A stretch of 64,000 nucleotides of DNA from Candidatus Fimihabitans intestinipullorum. Its GTDB lineage: Bacteria > Bacillota_I > Bacilli_A > RF39 > UBA660. The translations under genes were made by a program, and so were the position numbers. The stretch is taken from the NCBI GenBank assembly GCA_018714965.1, contig DVML01000007.1:74610-138609 (forward strand), given 5' to 3'. The notes beneath the pieces are model-generated. The model did no database searches. It was not told the DNA's origin and was given only the letters and a program-made list of their open reading frames with translations. Positions within the stretch are counted from its first letter, which is position 1; every line of letters begins with the position of its first letter. This document shows, piece by piece, positions 27,101-37,300 of this stretch.

Positions 27101-29203
27101 TTAGTTATTTATTGACGATTGTAACAACACGATTGTAACAACAATAGTATCACAAGTAGTAACCTGTGTTCCAGAGGTTACGGAACTACTGCAAATTGCT
27201 CCATTAGTAGCATTTCCATTAGGGCATGCTCCTACGTAATTAGGAGTGATATTTAAATATTTATTATTACTTGTATTTTTGATCATGGAATAAGTTTGAT
27301 ATCCTGTACTACCTGCACCGCCTAAAATGAAAGTATATGGAGTACAAACAGGTGTAGGCGTTGGATTGCTTCCACTATTTCCACTGCTACTATTATTATT
27401 TCCGCTATTATTTGATGCTGGACGTTGTCCATTACTTACAGTAAGTATGATGCTAGTTCCGCTAGTTACCTCACTTCCGTAAGATTTATTTTGATAAATT
27501 ATTGTATTTTTTGTTTTCGTAGAATATGCATAATTGAAAGAGCAATTTAAATTTGCGCTAGAACACATTTCTTTTGCTTTGGTGATGTTTACTCCAATAA
27601 AGTTTGGAATAGAAGTTGCTTTCCCTTTAGAAACGATAATTTCTATTCCTTGGCCTTCGTTAAGAGTTTCTCCAGCTTTGACAGAAATATCTATAATTTG
27701 ACCTGCCGGAAGATCAGAAAATTGTTCGATAATATTCAGTGTTAGTTGATGTTCATTTGCAAAAGATTTAATTTTTTCAAGATCGTTTTCTCCAAATGAA
27801 ATCATTTTTAATATTCCTTTTGAAGTGATGATATATACGATTTGCCCTTCTTCTAATGTTGCACCTTTTTCAACACTAGCTCGAATTACATTCCCAACTT
27901 TTATTGATGCATTATATTCACTTCCATAATGAATTGTGATATTATTTTTTTCAGCCCAAACGTTGATTTCTTCGATTGACATTTGAGTAAAATCTGGTGC
28001 TTTTATTTTCTTTCCTTTCGAGATGATAATTGTAACTGACATCTCTTTTTGATTGATCATAGTTCCTTCTTTAGGAGTTGTTGAAATTACGCGTCCTTTT
28101 TCGAAGTCATCACTAAATTCATATTTAATTTCATATTTAATTCCATTTCGTTTTAACCATAAAGTAGCGTCAAATTCTTTCATGTTGATTAAATCCTTCA
28201 TGGCAACGGGTTTTAAATCTTCTTCTCTTCCTAAAGAAAATTTAATTTTCAATTCATCGCTTCTTTTAATTTCACCTGTACGACTTTGTTCGATAACAGT
28301 ATCTCTCGTCTCTTCTGAAAATTCAAAGTCGATAATTACATTATTTAATTTGTTTTCTTCGATTATGTCTAAAACTTTGTCGATCTCCCAATGTATCATA
28401 TCTGGAATATTCACAGTGAGGTCATAATTAGGACCATTTGAAACAACAACATTTAAGGATTTGATATCTTTTACCAGCGTATTTGGTTCTACATTTTGAC
28501 TGATAACTTTGTTTGATTTTATTGAATCACTATAATCGTATTCGTAATTTAATTTTACGTTATGATTACTTGCCCAAGTGATTACTTTAGAAATTGTTTG
28601 ATTTGAGAAATCTTTAATATATGCCTGTTGTGGCAATTTTAAAAAGTTTGTTTCAACTGCAATGTGAAATCCGATAAAACCAATTAAAATAAAAGTTGTA
28701 AAAATAGTCATTTTTTTCTTGGCAGATTCTTTTGTAATTAAACTAGTCAATAAAAAGAAAATTGCAAATATGCTGATAAGAGTACTATTGATGATGATAT
28801 AGATTTGATCAATTTGATGGAATGACGTATATATACTATATGTTAGAAAAGAGACAACTAATAAGATAATGAGAAATAAATAGAATTTAGAAAATTTTCC
28901 CCAACCCTTTTTCTTAGTCGGTTCATGTAGTTGAAAATCTCTTTCATTTGAGTTTAGCTGCTTAGGCCTGCTCGTTGTGCTTTCCAATTTTTTGTCAGGC
29001 ATTTTGTATTTTTCTTGTTGTTTTTCTCTCAATTCTTTTTCCATCCGCTTTTTTTTATTTTTCTCTAATTCTTTAATTAATTGCTCTTCAAATTTCTTTT
29101 GTTTTGCGCGCTTTTTTTTCTCTTTGCGGCTCATTACATCAGTAAAGGAATTATCATCGTTTATAAGAGAATTAATCAGATCTTTTTTTCTTTTACTATC
29201 CAT
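27101..29203 (-). CDS. Membrane protein with six PASTA-like extracellular repeats and no kinase or PBP domain
   Basis: K/E-rich N-terminus, about three TM helices, six ~65-aa units ending in S.G/SKG (e.g. IPNFIGVNITKAKEMC...SIILTVSNG), S/N/G linker, Cys-containing C-terminal module. Confidence 0.7.
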   Translation of the reverse strand: MDSKRKKDLINSLINDDNSFTDVMSRKEKKKRAKQKKFEEQLIKELEKNKKKRMEKELREKQQEKYKMPDKKLESTTSRPKQLNSNERDFQLHEPTKKKGWGKFSKFYLFLIILLVVSFLTYSIYTSFHQIDQIYIIINSTLISIFAIFFLLTSLITKESAKKKMTIFTTFILIGFIGFHIAVETNFLKLPQQAYIKDFSNQTISKVITWASNHNVKLNYEYDYSDSIKSNKVISQNVEPNTLVKDIKSLNVVVSNGPNYDLTVNIPDMIHWEIDKVLDIIEENKLNNVIIDFEFSEETRDTVIEQSRTGEIKRSDELKIKFSLGREEDLKPVAMKDLINMKEFDATLWLKRNGIKYEIKYEFSDDFEKGRVISTTPKEGTMINQKEMSVTIIISKGKKIKAPDFTQMSIEEINVWAEKNNITIHYGSEYNASIKVGNVIRASVEKGATLEEGQIVYIITSKGILKMISFGENDLEKIKSFANEHQLTLNIIEQFSDLPAGQIIDISVKAGETLNEGQGIEIIVSKGKATSIPNFIGVNITKAKEMCSSANLNCSFNYAYSTKTKNTIIYQNKSYGSEVTSGTSIILTVSNGQRPASNNSGNNNSSSGNSGSNPTPTPVCTPYTFILGGAGSTGYQTYSMIKNTSNNKYLNITPNYVGACPNGNATNGAICSSSVTSGTQVTTCDTIVVTIVLLQSSINN

Positions 29204-29335
29204 ATAATCACCTTATAATATTATATCGTATTTTGTCAAAATAAGAAAGTAAAATACTATGCAATCTGTGGGAGTATACATTTGATTGATAGTGATCAAT
29301 AATTTAAAAAGACGTATCATATACTTTAAGGAAGA

Positions 29336-29364
29336 TTGATAATTCTGTTAAAATATAGTATAAT
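29336..29364 (+). promoter_or_regulatory. Sigma-A type promoter for prfA
   Basis: TTGATA, 17-nt spacer, TATAAT. Confidence 0.5.
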
Positions 29365-29395
29365 TTTTGTGCGAAAGGAAATCGGGAGGGATAAT

Positions 29396-30454
29396 ATGAT
29401 AGAGAGATTACAAGCAATTGAGACCCGTTATCAAGAAATTACTGAAGAAATTATGAAGCCAGAAAATATTTCAAATGTAAAAAAGACATTAGAATTAACA
29501 AAAGAACAGGCTTCTTTAAAAGAATCTTATGAAGCATATCAAGAATATAAAAAAATCTTAACTGGAATTGAAGAATCAAAGGAAATGCTACATGATCCAG
29601 AACTTGGAGAAATAGCTAAGGAAGAATTAGCGGAATTAGAGACGAAAAAAGTACAAATGGAAAAGCATCTAGAAATTATATTGCTGCCAAAAGATCCAAA
29701 TGATGGAAAAAATGTAATTGTAGAGATTCGTGGTGCAGCTGGTGGCGATGAAGCTAACATCTTCGCGGGAGATTTATATCGTATGTATACGAAGTATGCT
29801 GAAAAAGAAGGGTGGAAAACGGAAGTTTTGGAAGAGTATCCTTCAGAAGCGGGTGGATATTCATTGATCCAATTTATGGTCAAGGGTGATAACGTATATT
29901 CTAAATTAAAATACGAATCAGGAGCACACCGAGTACAAAGAGTTCCAGAGACAGAAACACAAGGGCGTGTTCATACATCGACGGCGACAGTCTTAGTGAT
30001 GCCAGAAGCTGACGAAGTAGATTCAGAACTAGACATGAATGATGTTCGAGTAGATATTACTCGTAGTAGCGGTTGTGGAGGACAAGGAGTAAATACGACC
30101 GATTCGGCAGTTCGTTTAACTCATATTCCAACAGGACTTGTCGTTTATTCACAGACAGAGCGTTCTCAAATCAAAAATAAAGAAAAGGCAATTAAAATCT
30201 TACAAGCACGTCTTTACGATTTGAAGATGCAAGAACATGAAAAAGAAGTCGGTGCGGAACGTAGAAGTAAGATAGGAACAGGAGATCGTAGCGAAAAGAT
30301 ACGTACGTATAACTATCCACAAAACCGTGTGACAGATCATCGTATCGGATTTACATTAAAACAATTAGATCGTGTGATGGAAGGTAATTTGCACGAAATT
30401 ATCGATGCTTTAATTAACGAAGATCAAGCGAGAAAATTAAGAGGGGAAGAATAA
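29396..30454 (+). CDS. prfA: Peptide chain release factor 1
   Basis: GGQ motif SGCGGQGVNTTDSAVRLTH and RF1-type P.T tripeptide region RVPETE; ATG behind a GGGAGGG RBS. Confidence 0.95.
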   Translation: MIERLQAIETRYQEITEEIMKPENISNVKKTLELTKEQASLKESYEAYQEYKKILTGIEESKEMLHDPELGEIAKEELAELETKKVQMEKHLEIILLPKDPNDGKNVIVEIRGAAGGDEANIFAGDLYRMYTKYAEKEGWKTEVLEEYPSEAGGYSLIQFMVKGDNVYSKLKYESGAHRVQRVPETETQGRVHTSTATVLVMPEADEVDSELDMNDVRVDITRSSGCGGQGVNTTDSAVRLTHIPTGLVVYSQTERSQIKNKEKAIKILQARLYDLKMQEHEKEVGAERRSKIGTGDRSEKIRTYNYPQNRVTDHRIGFTLKQLDRVMEGNLHEIIDALINEDQARKLRGEE

Positions 30455-30488
30455 ATGACTCGATCAAAGAGTCATTTTGATTATCGAA

Positions 30489-31211
30489 ATGAGTGATTTA
30501 GAGTATTTAAAGAAATATGGTAATCCGAAGACATTTCAAGAGGATGTGAAGCGCCTTGATGCGGGAGAGCCTGTACAATATATAGTAGGAAACGTAGACT
30601 TTTATGGAAACTTGATCGAAGTGACGCCTGATGTATTGATTCCTCGGTTTGAAACAGAAGAATTAGTAGACCGTGTCATTCGCTATTATAAAAAAGAGCA
30701 AAGGATACCACAGCGTATTTTAGATTTGGGAACAGGGAGTGGTTGTATTGCGATTACACTGAAAAAGGCATTCCCTGACGCTCAAGTAACCGCAGTTGAC
30801 ATTTCATCAAAGGCATTAGCCGTCGCAAGAAAAAATGCTCAAAGAAATGGTGTTTCCATTCGATTACTAGAGGGAAATTTTTTAGAACCCGTCGAAGGAA
30901 CTTTTGATTTAATTATTAGTAATCCGCCATATATTGATTTTGAAGAGCAAATTGATGAAAAGGTAAGAAAATATGAGCCATCTATTGCATTATATGCAGA
31001 CCATAACGGACTTTCATGTTATGAACATATATTAAAACACATTGAGAAATACACAGAAGATAATTCGCTAATAGTATTTGAAATAGGGTACTTACAAAAG
31101 AAAAGTTTAATGAATCTTGTAAAAGAACATTTTCCAAATAAAATCGTATGGTGTGAAAAAGATTTGAGTGGAAAAGATAGATTTCTATGGATTATGGATA
31201 AGAGGTGTTAG
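30489..31211 (+). CDS. prmC: Release factor glutamine N5-methyltransferase PrmC/HemK
   Basis: SAM motif LDLGTGSGCIA and NPPY; an alternative TTG start lies at 30477. Confidence 0.85.
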   Translation: MSDLEYLKKYGNPKTFQEDVKRLDAGEPVQYIVGNVDFYGNLIEVTPDVLIPRFETEELVDRVIRYYKKEQRIPQRILDLGTGSGCIAITLKKAFPDAQVTAVDISSKALAVARKNAQRNGVSIRLLEGNFLEPVEGTFDLIISNPPYIDFEEQIDEKVRKYEPSIALYADHNGLSCYEHILKHIEKYTEDNSLIVFEIGYLQKKSLMNLVKEHFPNKIVWCEKDLSGKDRFLWIMDKRC

Positions 31212-31213
31212 AA

Positions 31214-31672
31214 ATGGAGAAAAAAGGAAACAAAATTGAACAATTCATACATAAGAGTTTAGAAATAGCCCATGTAAAAGTAACAAAAAAAACAGAGAAA
31301 TTATTAGTTCAAATTTTTAAATTTGCTATCGTTGGTGTAATAGCAACATTGATTGATTTTGCATTCTTATATATTTTTAAGGAGTATTGTCATTTTCCAA
31401 CAATAATGGCAAATACGTTGTCTTTTGCAATTTCAGTTTTATATAATTACTGGGCAAGTATTCGTTGGGTTTTTGACGTAAATAAAGAAAAAGATGCAAA
31501 AAGAAATTTTGTGTTATTTGTAATCACTAGTACTATTGGATTAGGAATTAATGATTTAATTATGTATATTATTGCAGAATTATTACTTGTACATTACATG
31601 CTAGCTAAAATAGTAGCAACTGCTGTTGTCATGGTATTTAATTTTGTTACACGTAAAATGTTTCTAGAATAG
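31214..31672 (+). CDS. GtrA family membrane protein
   Basis: About 150 aa, four TM helices, FKFAIVGVIATLIDF N-terminus typical of GtrA. Confidence 0.75.
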   Translation: MEKKGNKIEQFIHKSLEIAHVKVTKKTEKLLVQIFKFAIVGVIATLIDFAFLYIFKEYCHFPTIMANTLSFAISVLYNYWASIRWVFDVNKEKDAKRNFVLFVITSTIGLGINDLIMYIIAELLLVHYMLAKIVATAVVMVFNFVTRKMFLE

Positions 31673-31701
31673 AAAAGCATAAAGTTTTGTGCTTTTCTTT
31701 T
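31672..31701 (+). terminator. Terminator after the gtrA-like gene
   Basis: GAAAAGCA-loop-TGCTTTTC plus T-rich tail. Confidence 0.55.
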
Positions 31702-31742
31702 CATATTCAATACTTTCATGTATAATGAATGTAGGTGGAATT

Positions 31743-32939
31743 ATGAAAAAAATATCAATTTTGTCATTACATTTAGGTTACGGTGGTGTTGAGAAGTCCA
31801 TCGCTGCTTTAGCTAATGTTTTGTGTAAAAACTATGAAGTTGAAATTATTTGTATTTATCAATTATATGAAAAACCAGCATTTACAATTGATGAACGAGT
31901 TAAGATTACTTACTTGATTCATAGTGATCTTCCAGTTAGAGTTGAGAAGTATAAGTTGTTATTATTTCGAAGGCAGTTTACTAAACTACTGAAACAATTA
32001 ACGACGGATTATTTTTCTAAATTTAAGTTTGTCAGCTTTTTCAAAGATGGAATCTCTGGGCTTCGCATGTATTCTAAACGCTTTTCAGAGACAAAAAAGG
32101 CAATTATAAGTAGTGATGCAGACATTATGATTTCGACAAGAACTTTTTTAAATGAATGGGCATCTCTATATGGAAATGACAATATGATTAAAATTGGCTG
32201 GGAACATAATCATCATCATAACAATGAAAAGTATGCAAATCAGGTTATTGAAAGTAGTGAAGCATTAGATTATCTAGTATTAGTATCGAAAGAATTAAAA
32301 AACTACTATGAGAAGAGATTAAAGGACAATAAATGTGAATGCGTTTATATTCCAAATATGATAGATAATATACCCGAAAGAAAATCAACATTAAAGAAGC
32401 CAAATATGATTTCAGTAGGTAGGTTATCTGTTGAAAAAGGATATATTGATTTATTGAAAATATTTAATCAGATTGCAAAAAAATATAATGATTGGCATTT
32501 AGATATTATTGGAGATGGTGATGAAAGAGAAAAGTTAGAAAAATATATTCAAGATAAAAAATTACAGAATCAAGTAACTCTTCATGGGTTTCAATCAAAA
32601 GATTATATAGATAAAATGCTTCATCAATCTTCTATATATTTGATGACTTCTTACACAGAGTCTTTTGGAATTGTATTATTAGAAGCAATGAGTCACGGAT
32701 TACCTTGTATTGCATTTGATAGTGCAGAAGGAGCGCGTGAAATTATAAAAGATGGAGAAAGTGGATGGCTGATAAAAAATCGTGATTTTGATAAATACGA
32801 ACGAGCAATCAGTACATTAATAGAAAATCAAAATATGAGAAAAAAAATGGGGAAGAGTGGAGCTTTGCTTGTAAATATGTACAGTAAAGATGTAGTAATG
32901 GAAATGTGGTTTCATTTATTAGAAGGGAAAGAAGTATGA
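31743..32939 (+). CDS. Glycosyltransferase family 4 (GT-B fold)
   Basis: MKKISILSLHLGYGGVEKS N-terminus; E..G.VLLEAMSHGLPCIAFD motif; start moved past the terminator to the ATG after GGTGG. Confidence 0.8.
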   Translation: MKKISILSLHLGYGGVEKSIAALANVLCKNYEVEIICIYQLYEKPAFTIDERVKITYLIHSDLPVRVEKYKLLLFRRQFTKLLKQLTTDYFSKFKFVSFFKDGISGLRMYSKRFSETKKAIISSDADIMISTRTFLNEWASLYGNDNMIKIGWEHNHHHNNEKYANQVIESSEALDYLVLVSKELKNYYEKRLKDNKCECVYIPNMIDNIPERKSTLKKPNMISVGRLSVEKGYIDLLKIFNQIAKKYNDWHLDIIGDGDEREKLEKYIQDKKLQNQVTLHGFQSKDYIDKMLHQSSIYLMTSYTESFGIVLLEAMSHGLPCIAFDSAEGAREIIKDGESGWLIKNRDFDKYERAISTLIENQNMRKKMGKSGALLVNMYSKDVVMEMWFHLLEGKEV

Positions 32940-33409
32940 AAAAGCGTGTTTTATTTATATCCTCAACGGGGGGACATTTATCAGAATTATTGCAGTTAAA
33001 AGCATTGTTTGCAAAAGTTGATTACCACATTATAACAGAAAAAACGAAATCAAATATGGCTTTAACAAATAAGTATCCTAATCGTGTTAATTTTTTGATG
33101 TATGGTACAAAAGATCATATTCTAAGTTATCCATTAAAACTTCTGATAAATTGTTTTAAAAGCCTTTATTTTTATTTAAAACTACGCCCTGACTATATTA
33201 TAACAACTGGAGCACATACTGCAGGGCCAATGTGTTGTATTGGAAAAATTTTTGGAAGTCACATTATATATATAGAGACATTTGCAAACAAAAAAACTAA
33301 AACAGTTACTGGAAGATTATTATATCCTATTGCAGATGTTTTCATTGTTCAATGGAAAGAAATGCTAGAACTATATCCAGATGCAATCTATGGAGGATGG
33401 ATCTACTAA
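32936..33409 (+). CDS. Alg14/PssD-like glycosyltransferase subunit
   Basis: VLFISSTGGHLSELLQL motif; ATGA overlap with the upstream GT gene. Confidence 0.7.
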   Translation: MKKRVLFISSTGGHLSELLQLKALFAKVDYHIITEKTKSNMALTNKYPNRVNFLMYGTKDHILSYPLKLLINCFKSLYFYLKLRPDYIITTGAHTAGPMCCIGKIFGSHIIYIETFANKKTKTVTGRLLYPIADVFIVQWKEMLELYPDAIYGGWIY

Positions 33410-33421
33410 AGGAGGAGAAAA

Positions 33422-34249
33422 ATGATATTTGTAACATTAGGAACGCAAGATAAAAGTTTTCGACGACTATTAGTTGAGATAGATAGGCTAATTGAAAAAG
33501 GGGTAATTAAAGATCGTGTTGTCGTTCAAGCGGGAGATACAGAGTATAAATCAAAATATATGGAAATTTTTGATTTGCTTCCAATGGATGAATTTGAGTC
33601 ATATATGAAAAAAGCTGATTTAGTAATTACACACGGTGGAATAGGATCTATACTGACAGCTCTAAATTATGAAAAAAAAGTAATAGCTGTGCCACGATTG
33701 GCTAAATACAAGGAACATACCAATGACCATCAATTACAAATTGTTGAAGATTTTAGTGCGCGAAAATATATTATGGGAGCTTTATCTGTTGACGAGTTAG
33801 AAAAAATTTTTTCTAAAGTAGAAAAGTTTAAACCCAAAAAATATAAATCAAACAACGAAACCTTCGTTTCTTTGATTCAAGATTATATTGAAAAGGATAA
33901 TCATATTAGTTGGTATCATCGATATTATTATTTTATTTGTCTATTTATACTAGGATTATTGATGAGTGTATGTGGGAGTATTATTTATCTATGCATAGAA
34001 TCTTTTCTTTCTCCTTTCCTTGCCATTTCTATTATTCTTGGAGTTGACTGCATTTATTTATGTCGATGGAATCAATATCATTTATGGTACCGTCTGATTG
34101 CTACTATTTTAACAATTGTGGTAGGAAATAGTGGAGTTTATATATTGAATTTGAAACATCTCAATAATGTTTTTCTTCTAATTTTATGTTCTGTTTTTGT
34201 TGCAATTTATTTATTGGTAGGAAAATGGAAAGAATGTGACGAAAAGTAA
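33422..34249 (+). CDS. Alg13/PssE-like glycosyltransferase (GT28 C-terminal type) subunit with a C-terminal multi-TM extension
   Basis: MIFVTLGTQ...ITHGGIGSI catalytic-subunit motifs, then a ~110-aa hydrophobic tail. Confidence 0.7.
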   Translation: MIFVTLGTQDKSFRRLLVEIDRLIEKGVIKDRVVVQAGDTEYKSKYMEIFDLLPMDEFESYMKKADLVITHGGIGSILTALNYEKKVIAVPRLAKYKEHTNDHQLQIVEDFSARKYIMGALSVDELEKIFSKVEKFKPKKYKSNNETFVSLIQDYIEKDNHISWYHRYYYFICLFILGLLMSVCGSIIYLCIESFLSPFLAISIILGVDCIYLCRWNQYHLWYRLIATILTIVVGNSGVYILNLKHLNNVFLLILCSVFVAIYLLVGKWKECDEK

Positions 34250-34253
34250 AAAA

Positions 34254-34291
34254 AGATATTCATGGAAACTACCTTAATATCTTTTTTTTTG
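34254..34291 (+). terminator. Terminator after the glycosylation cluster
   Basis: AAGATATT-loop-AATATCTT followed by TTTTTTT. Confidence 0.6.
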
Positions 34292-34316
34292 ATATACTAG
34301 ATAAGTAGGTGATTGT

Positions 34317-37300
34317 ATGCAAGATAAAATGAAAATATTACTAGATCAAATCAAATTACCAAAGGAAAGTTATTCTTACTATGAGAGTGCAACTTTGCAA
34401 AGAATTATTGGAAATAAAGCAAAAGACCAATATCATTTTTTAATAGAATTAGAAAGCACATTACCTGTGGAAAAATATGAGCAATTTTTGGAATACTTGC
34501 CAAAAGGATTTCCAACAATCCGTAAAGTAGACGTACGATTTACAGTAAAGCATATTTTAAAACAATATATACCAGAGTACTTTAAAAAGTATATATCAAA
34601 TTATGCAAAAGAGCATCCTTTATATGAAACATTTTTAAATGGACAACCGACACTTACAGATGGTACGTTAACAATAGTTGTTGGGTGTAAGGCCGAGAAG
34701 ATGCAATTAGAACATATTCAAAGTGAACTGATCAAATATTTTGAACATGCAGGGTTTGGAGAGATGCTATTGGAAATAGAAATCGATTCAACTCTTTCTC
34801 ATGCAGTTTATGATGAGATTATCGAAGAAATGCACGCACCATTACCAGAACATATGCCAGATCCAGTACCACCAACTGAAGAACCGAGAGAGCCGTCAAA
34901 AAAATTTTCTAAAAAAAGCTATTCACGAAAATTGATACAGGATACAGATGATCCTGATGTTATTGTTGGTCGTAAAATTGAAGAACAGATTATGCATATT
35001 GATCACATTTTAGGAGAAATGAATAGTGTTGTGTTTGAAGGTCACATCTTCGGAATGGAAGTTCGTGATACGCGGACAGAATTAAAGATTGTGACTTTAA
35101 AAATTACTGATTACACGGATAGTATCTATGCAAAGATGTTCGTAAATGATGCGGATGATTTTGCACATATCAAAAAGAATGTCAAAGTAGGAAACTGGTA
35201 TGTTTTCCGTGGAAATGCAAAAGATGATCAATATTCTAAAGAATTGACAGTTACGATTCGTGATATCAACGCATTAGATAGACCAGTGGAAGAAATCAAA
35301 GATGAAGCAGAGGAAAAGAGAGTAGAACTTCACGCTCATACGATGATGAGTCAGATGGATGGTGTTGTCGATGCCAAAAAATTAGTGAAGCAAGCACGTA
35401 AATGGGGACACCGTGCGATAGCAATTACTGATCATAACGGAGGACAAGCGTTCCCGGATGTCTACCATACGATCTGCGACATCAATAAGAATTTAGCAGA
35501 AGGAGAAGATCCATTCAAGGCTATTTACGGAACTGAATTAACGTTAATAGATGATACGGTCGATATTATTATTCGTCCGGATGATTCACCATTATTAGAG
35601 ACGACTTATGTAGTATTCGACCTTGAGACGACCGGATTCAACGCCGGAGGAAAAGATTCCATTATCGAAATAGGTGCTGTTAAAATCTGTAATGGAGAAA
35701 TTTTAGATCGCTTCGATCAATTGATAGATCCAAAGAGAAAACTACCAGCTAAAATAGTGGAACTTACGAATATAACAGATGAGATGTTAGTTGGAATGCC
35801 ATCGGAAGAAGAGGCTGTGCGTGATTTTATCGCGTGGTTCGGAGATTTACCAATGGTTGCTCACAATGCCAAATTCGACGTATCATTCCTTGAAATGGCA
35901 TATAAAAAATATAACTTAGGAACTTTTGAAAATACCGTTCTCGATACATTAGAGTTATCTCGAACGATGGATAATAATTTTGCACGTCATGGACTATCTG
36001 CATTAGTCAAGAGATATAACGTGCCATGGGATGAAGATGCTCACCATAGAGCAGACTACGATGCAGAAGGAACAGCGCTCGTCTTACACAAGATGTTGAA
36101 AAAATTAAACGATCGTAATTATGAAACATTGCGTGATTTAGAAAAGATCGTATCGAAAGATGAAATTCACAAATATGGACGTTCTCATCACGTCAATATT
36201 TTGGCAAAAAATAAAACAGGGCTCAAAAACCTATTCAAAATTATTAGTTATGCCAATACGAAATATTTATATAAAACACCGCGTATTCTTCGTAGTGAGA
36301 TCGAAAAACACAGAGAAGGATTGCTCATTGGAAGTGGATGTTATGAATCAGAAGTCTTCAAAGAAGCGAGAAGTAAGAGCGACGAGGAGTTAACGAACAT
36401 TATTAACTTTTACGACTATGTAGAGGTACAACCACTCGATTGCTATGATCACTTGTTACAGATGAACGATTTCGCATCAAAACGAGAATTGATAGATCAC
36501 ATCAAAAAAATTGTACGTGTTACGGAAGAAGCAGGAAAAATTATCGTGGCAACTGGAGATGTACATCACTTGACAAAAGATGACAAGATATATCGTGAAA
36601 TCATTGTCAACCAAAAAGTTCCAGGTGGTGGAAGACATCCTCTAGCACGCAGCAACATTAAAGAGATTCCAAGTTATCACTTTAGAACGACGACGGAAAT
36701 GTTAGAGGATTTTGCTTTCTTAGGAGAGGAAAAAGCGAAGGAAATCGTCGTAAAGAATACGAATATGATTGCTGATATGGTAGATATTATCGAAGTAATT
36801 ATCGAAACTGGAGGAGTCCCATTTTCTCCAAAAATCGAAAATTCTGTAGAAACGGTAAATGAACTTGTATATGGAAGGGCACATGAATTATATGGAGATC
36901 CTCTCCCTAAGATTATCGAAGAGAGAATTGAACAAGAATTAAAGGGAATCATCGGTGGTGGATTCGACGTTATCTACTTAATTGCCCAAAAACTTGTAAA
37001 GCATTCAAATGACGATGGTTATCTCGTAGGAAGCCGAGGATCTGTAGGATCAAGTTTCGTCGCTACGATGATGGGAATTACAGAGGTAAATCCACTTCCT
37101 GCACATTATATCTGTCCAAATTGTAAGCACAGTATTTTTGAAGAGGACGGAGAAGCATTGGGAGCAAAATATTCCAGCGGATTTGACCTTCCAAATAAGA
37201 AATGCCCAAAGTGTGGTACGTGGATGCACAAAGAAGGACAAGACATGCCATTCGCGACATTCCTCGGATTCAATGCCGATAAAGTACCTGATATCGATTT

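Noticed and set aside
30455-30478. ATGACTC-loop-GAGTCAT hairpin plus TTTT between prfA and prmC as a terminator
   Set aside because: prfA and prmC are normally co-transcribed, and the T tract is short. It may be a weak attenuator, but I cannot support that. It mainly argues for the ATG 30489 start of prmC.
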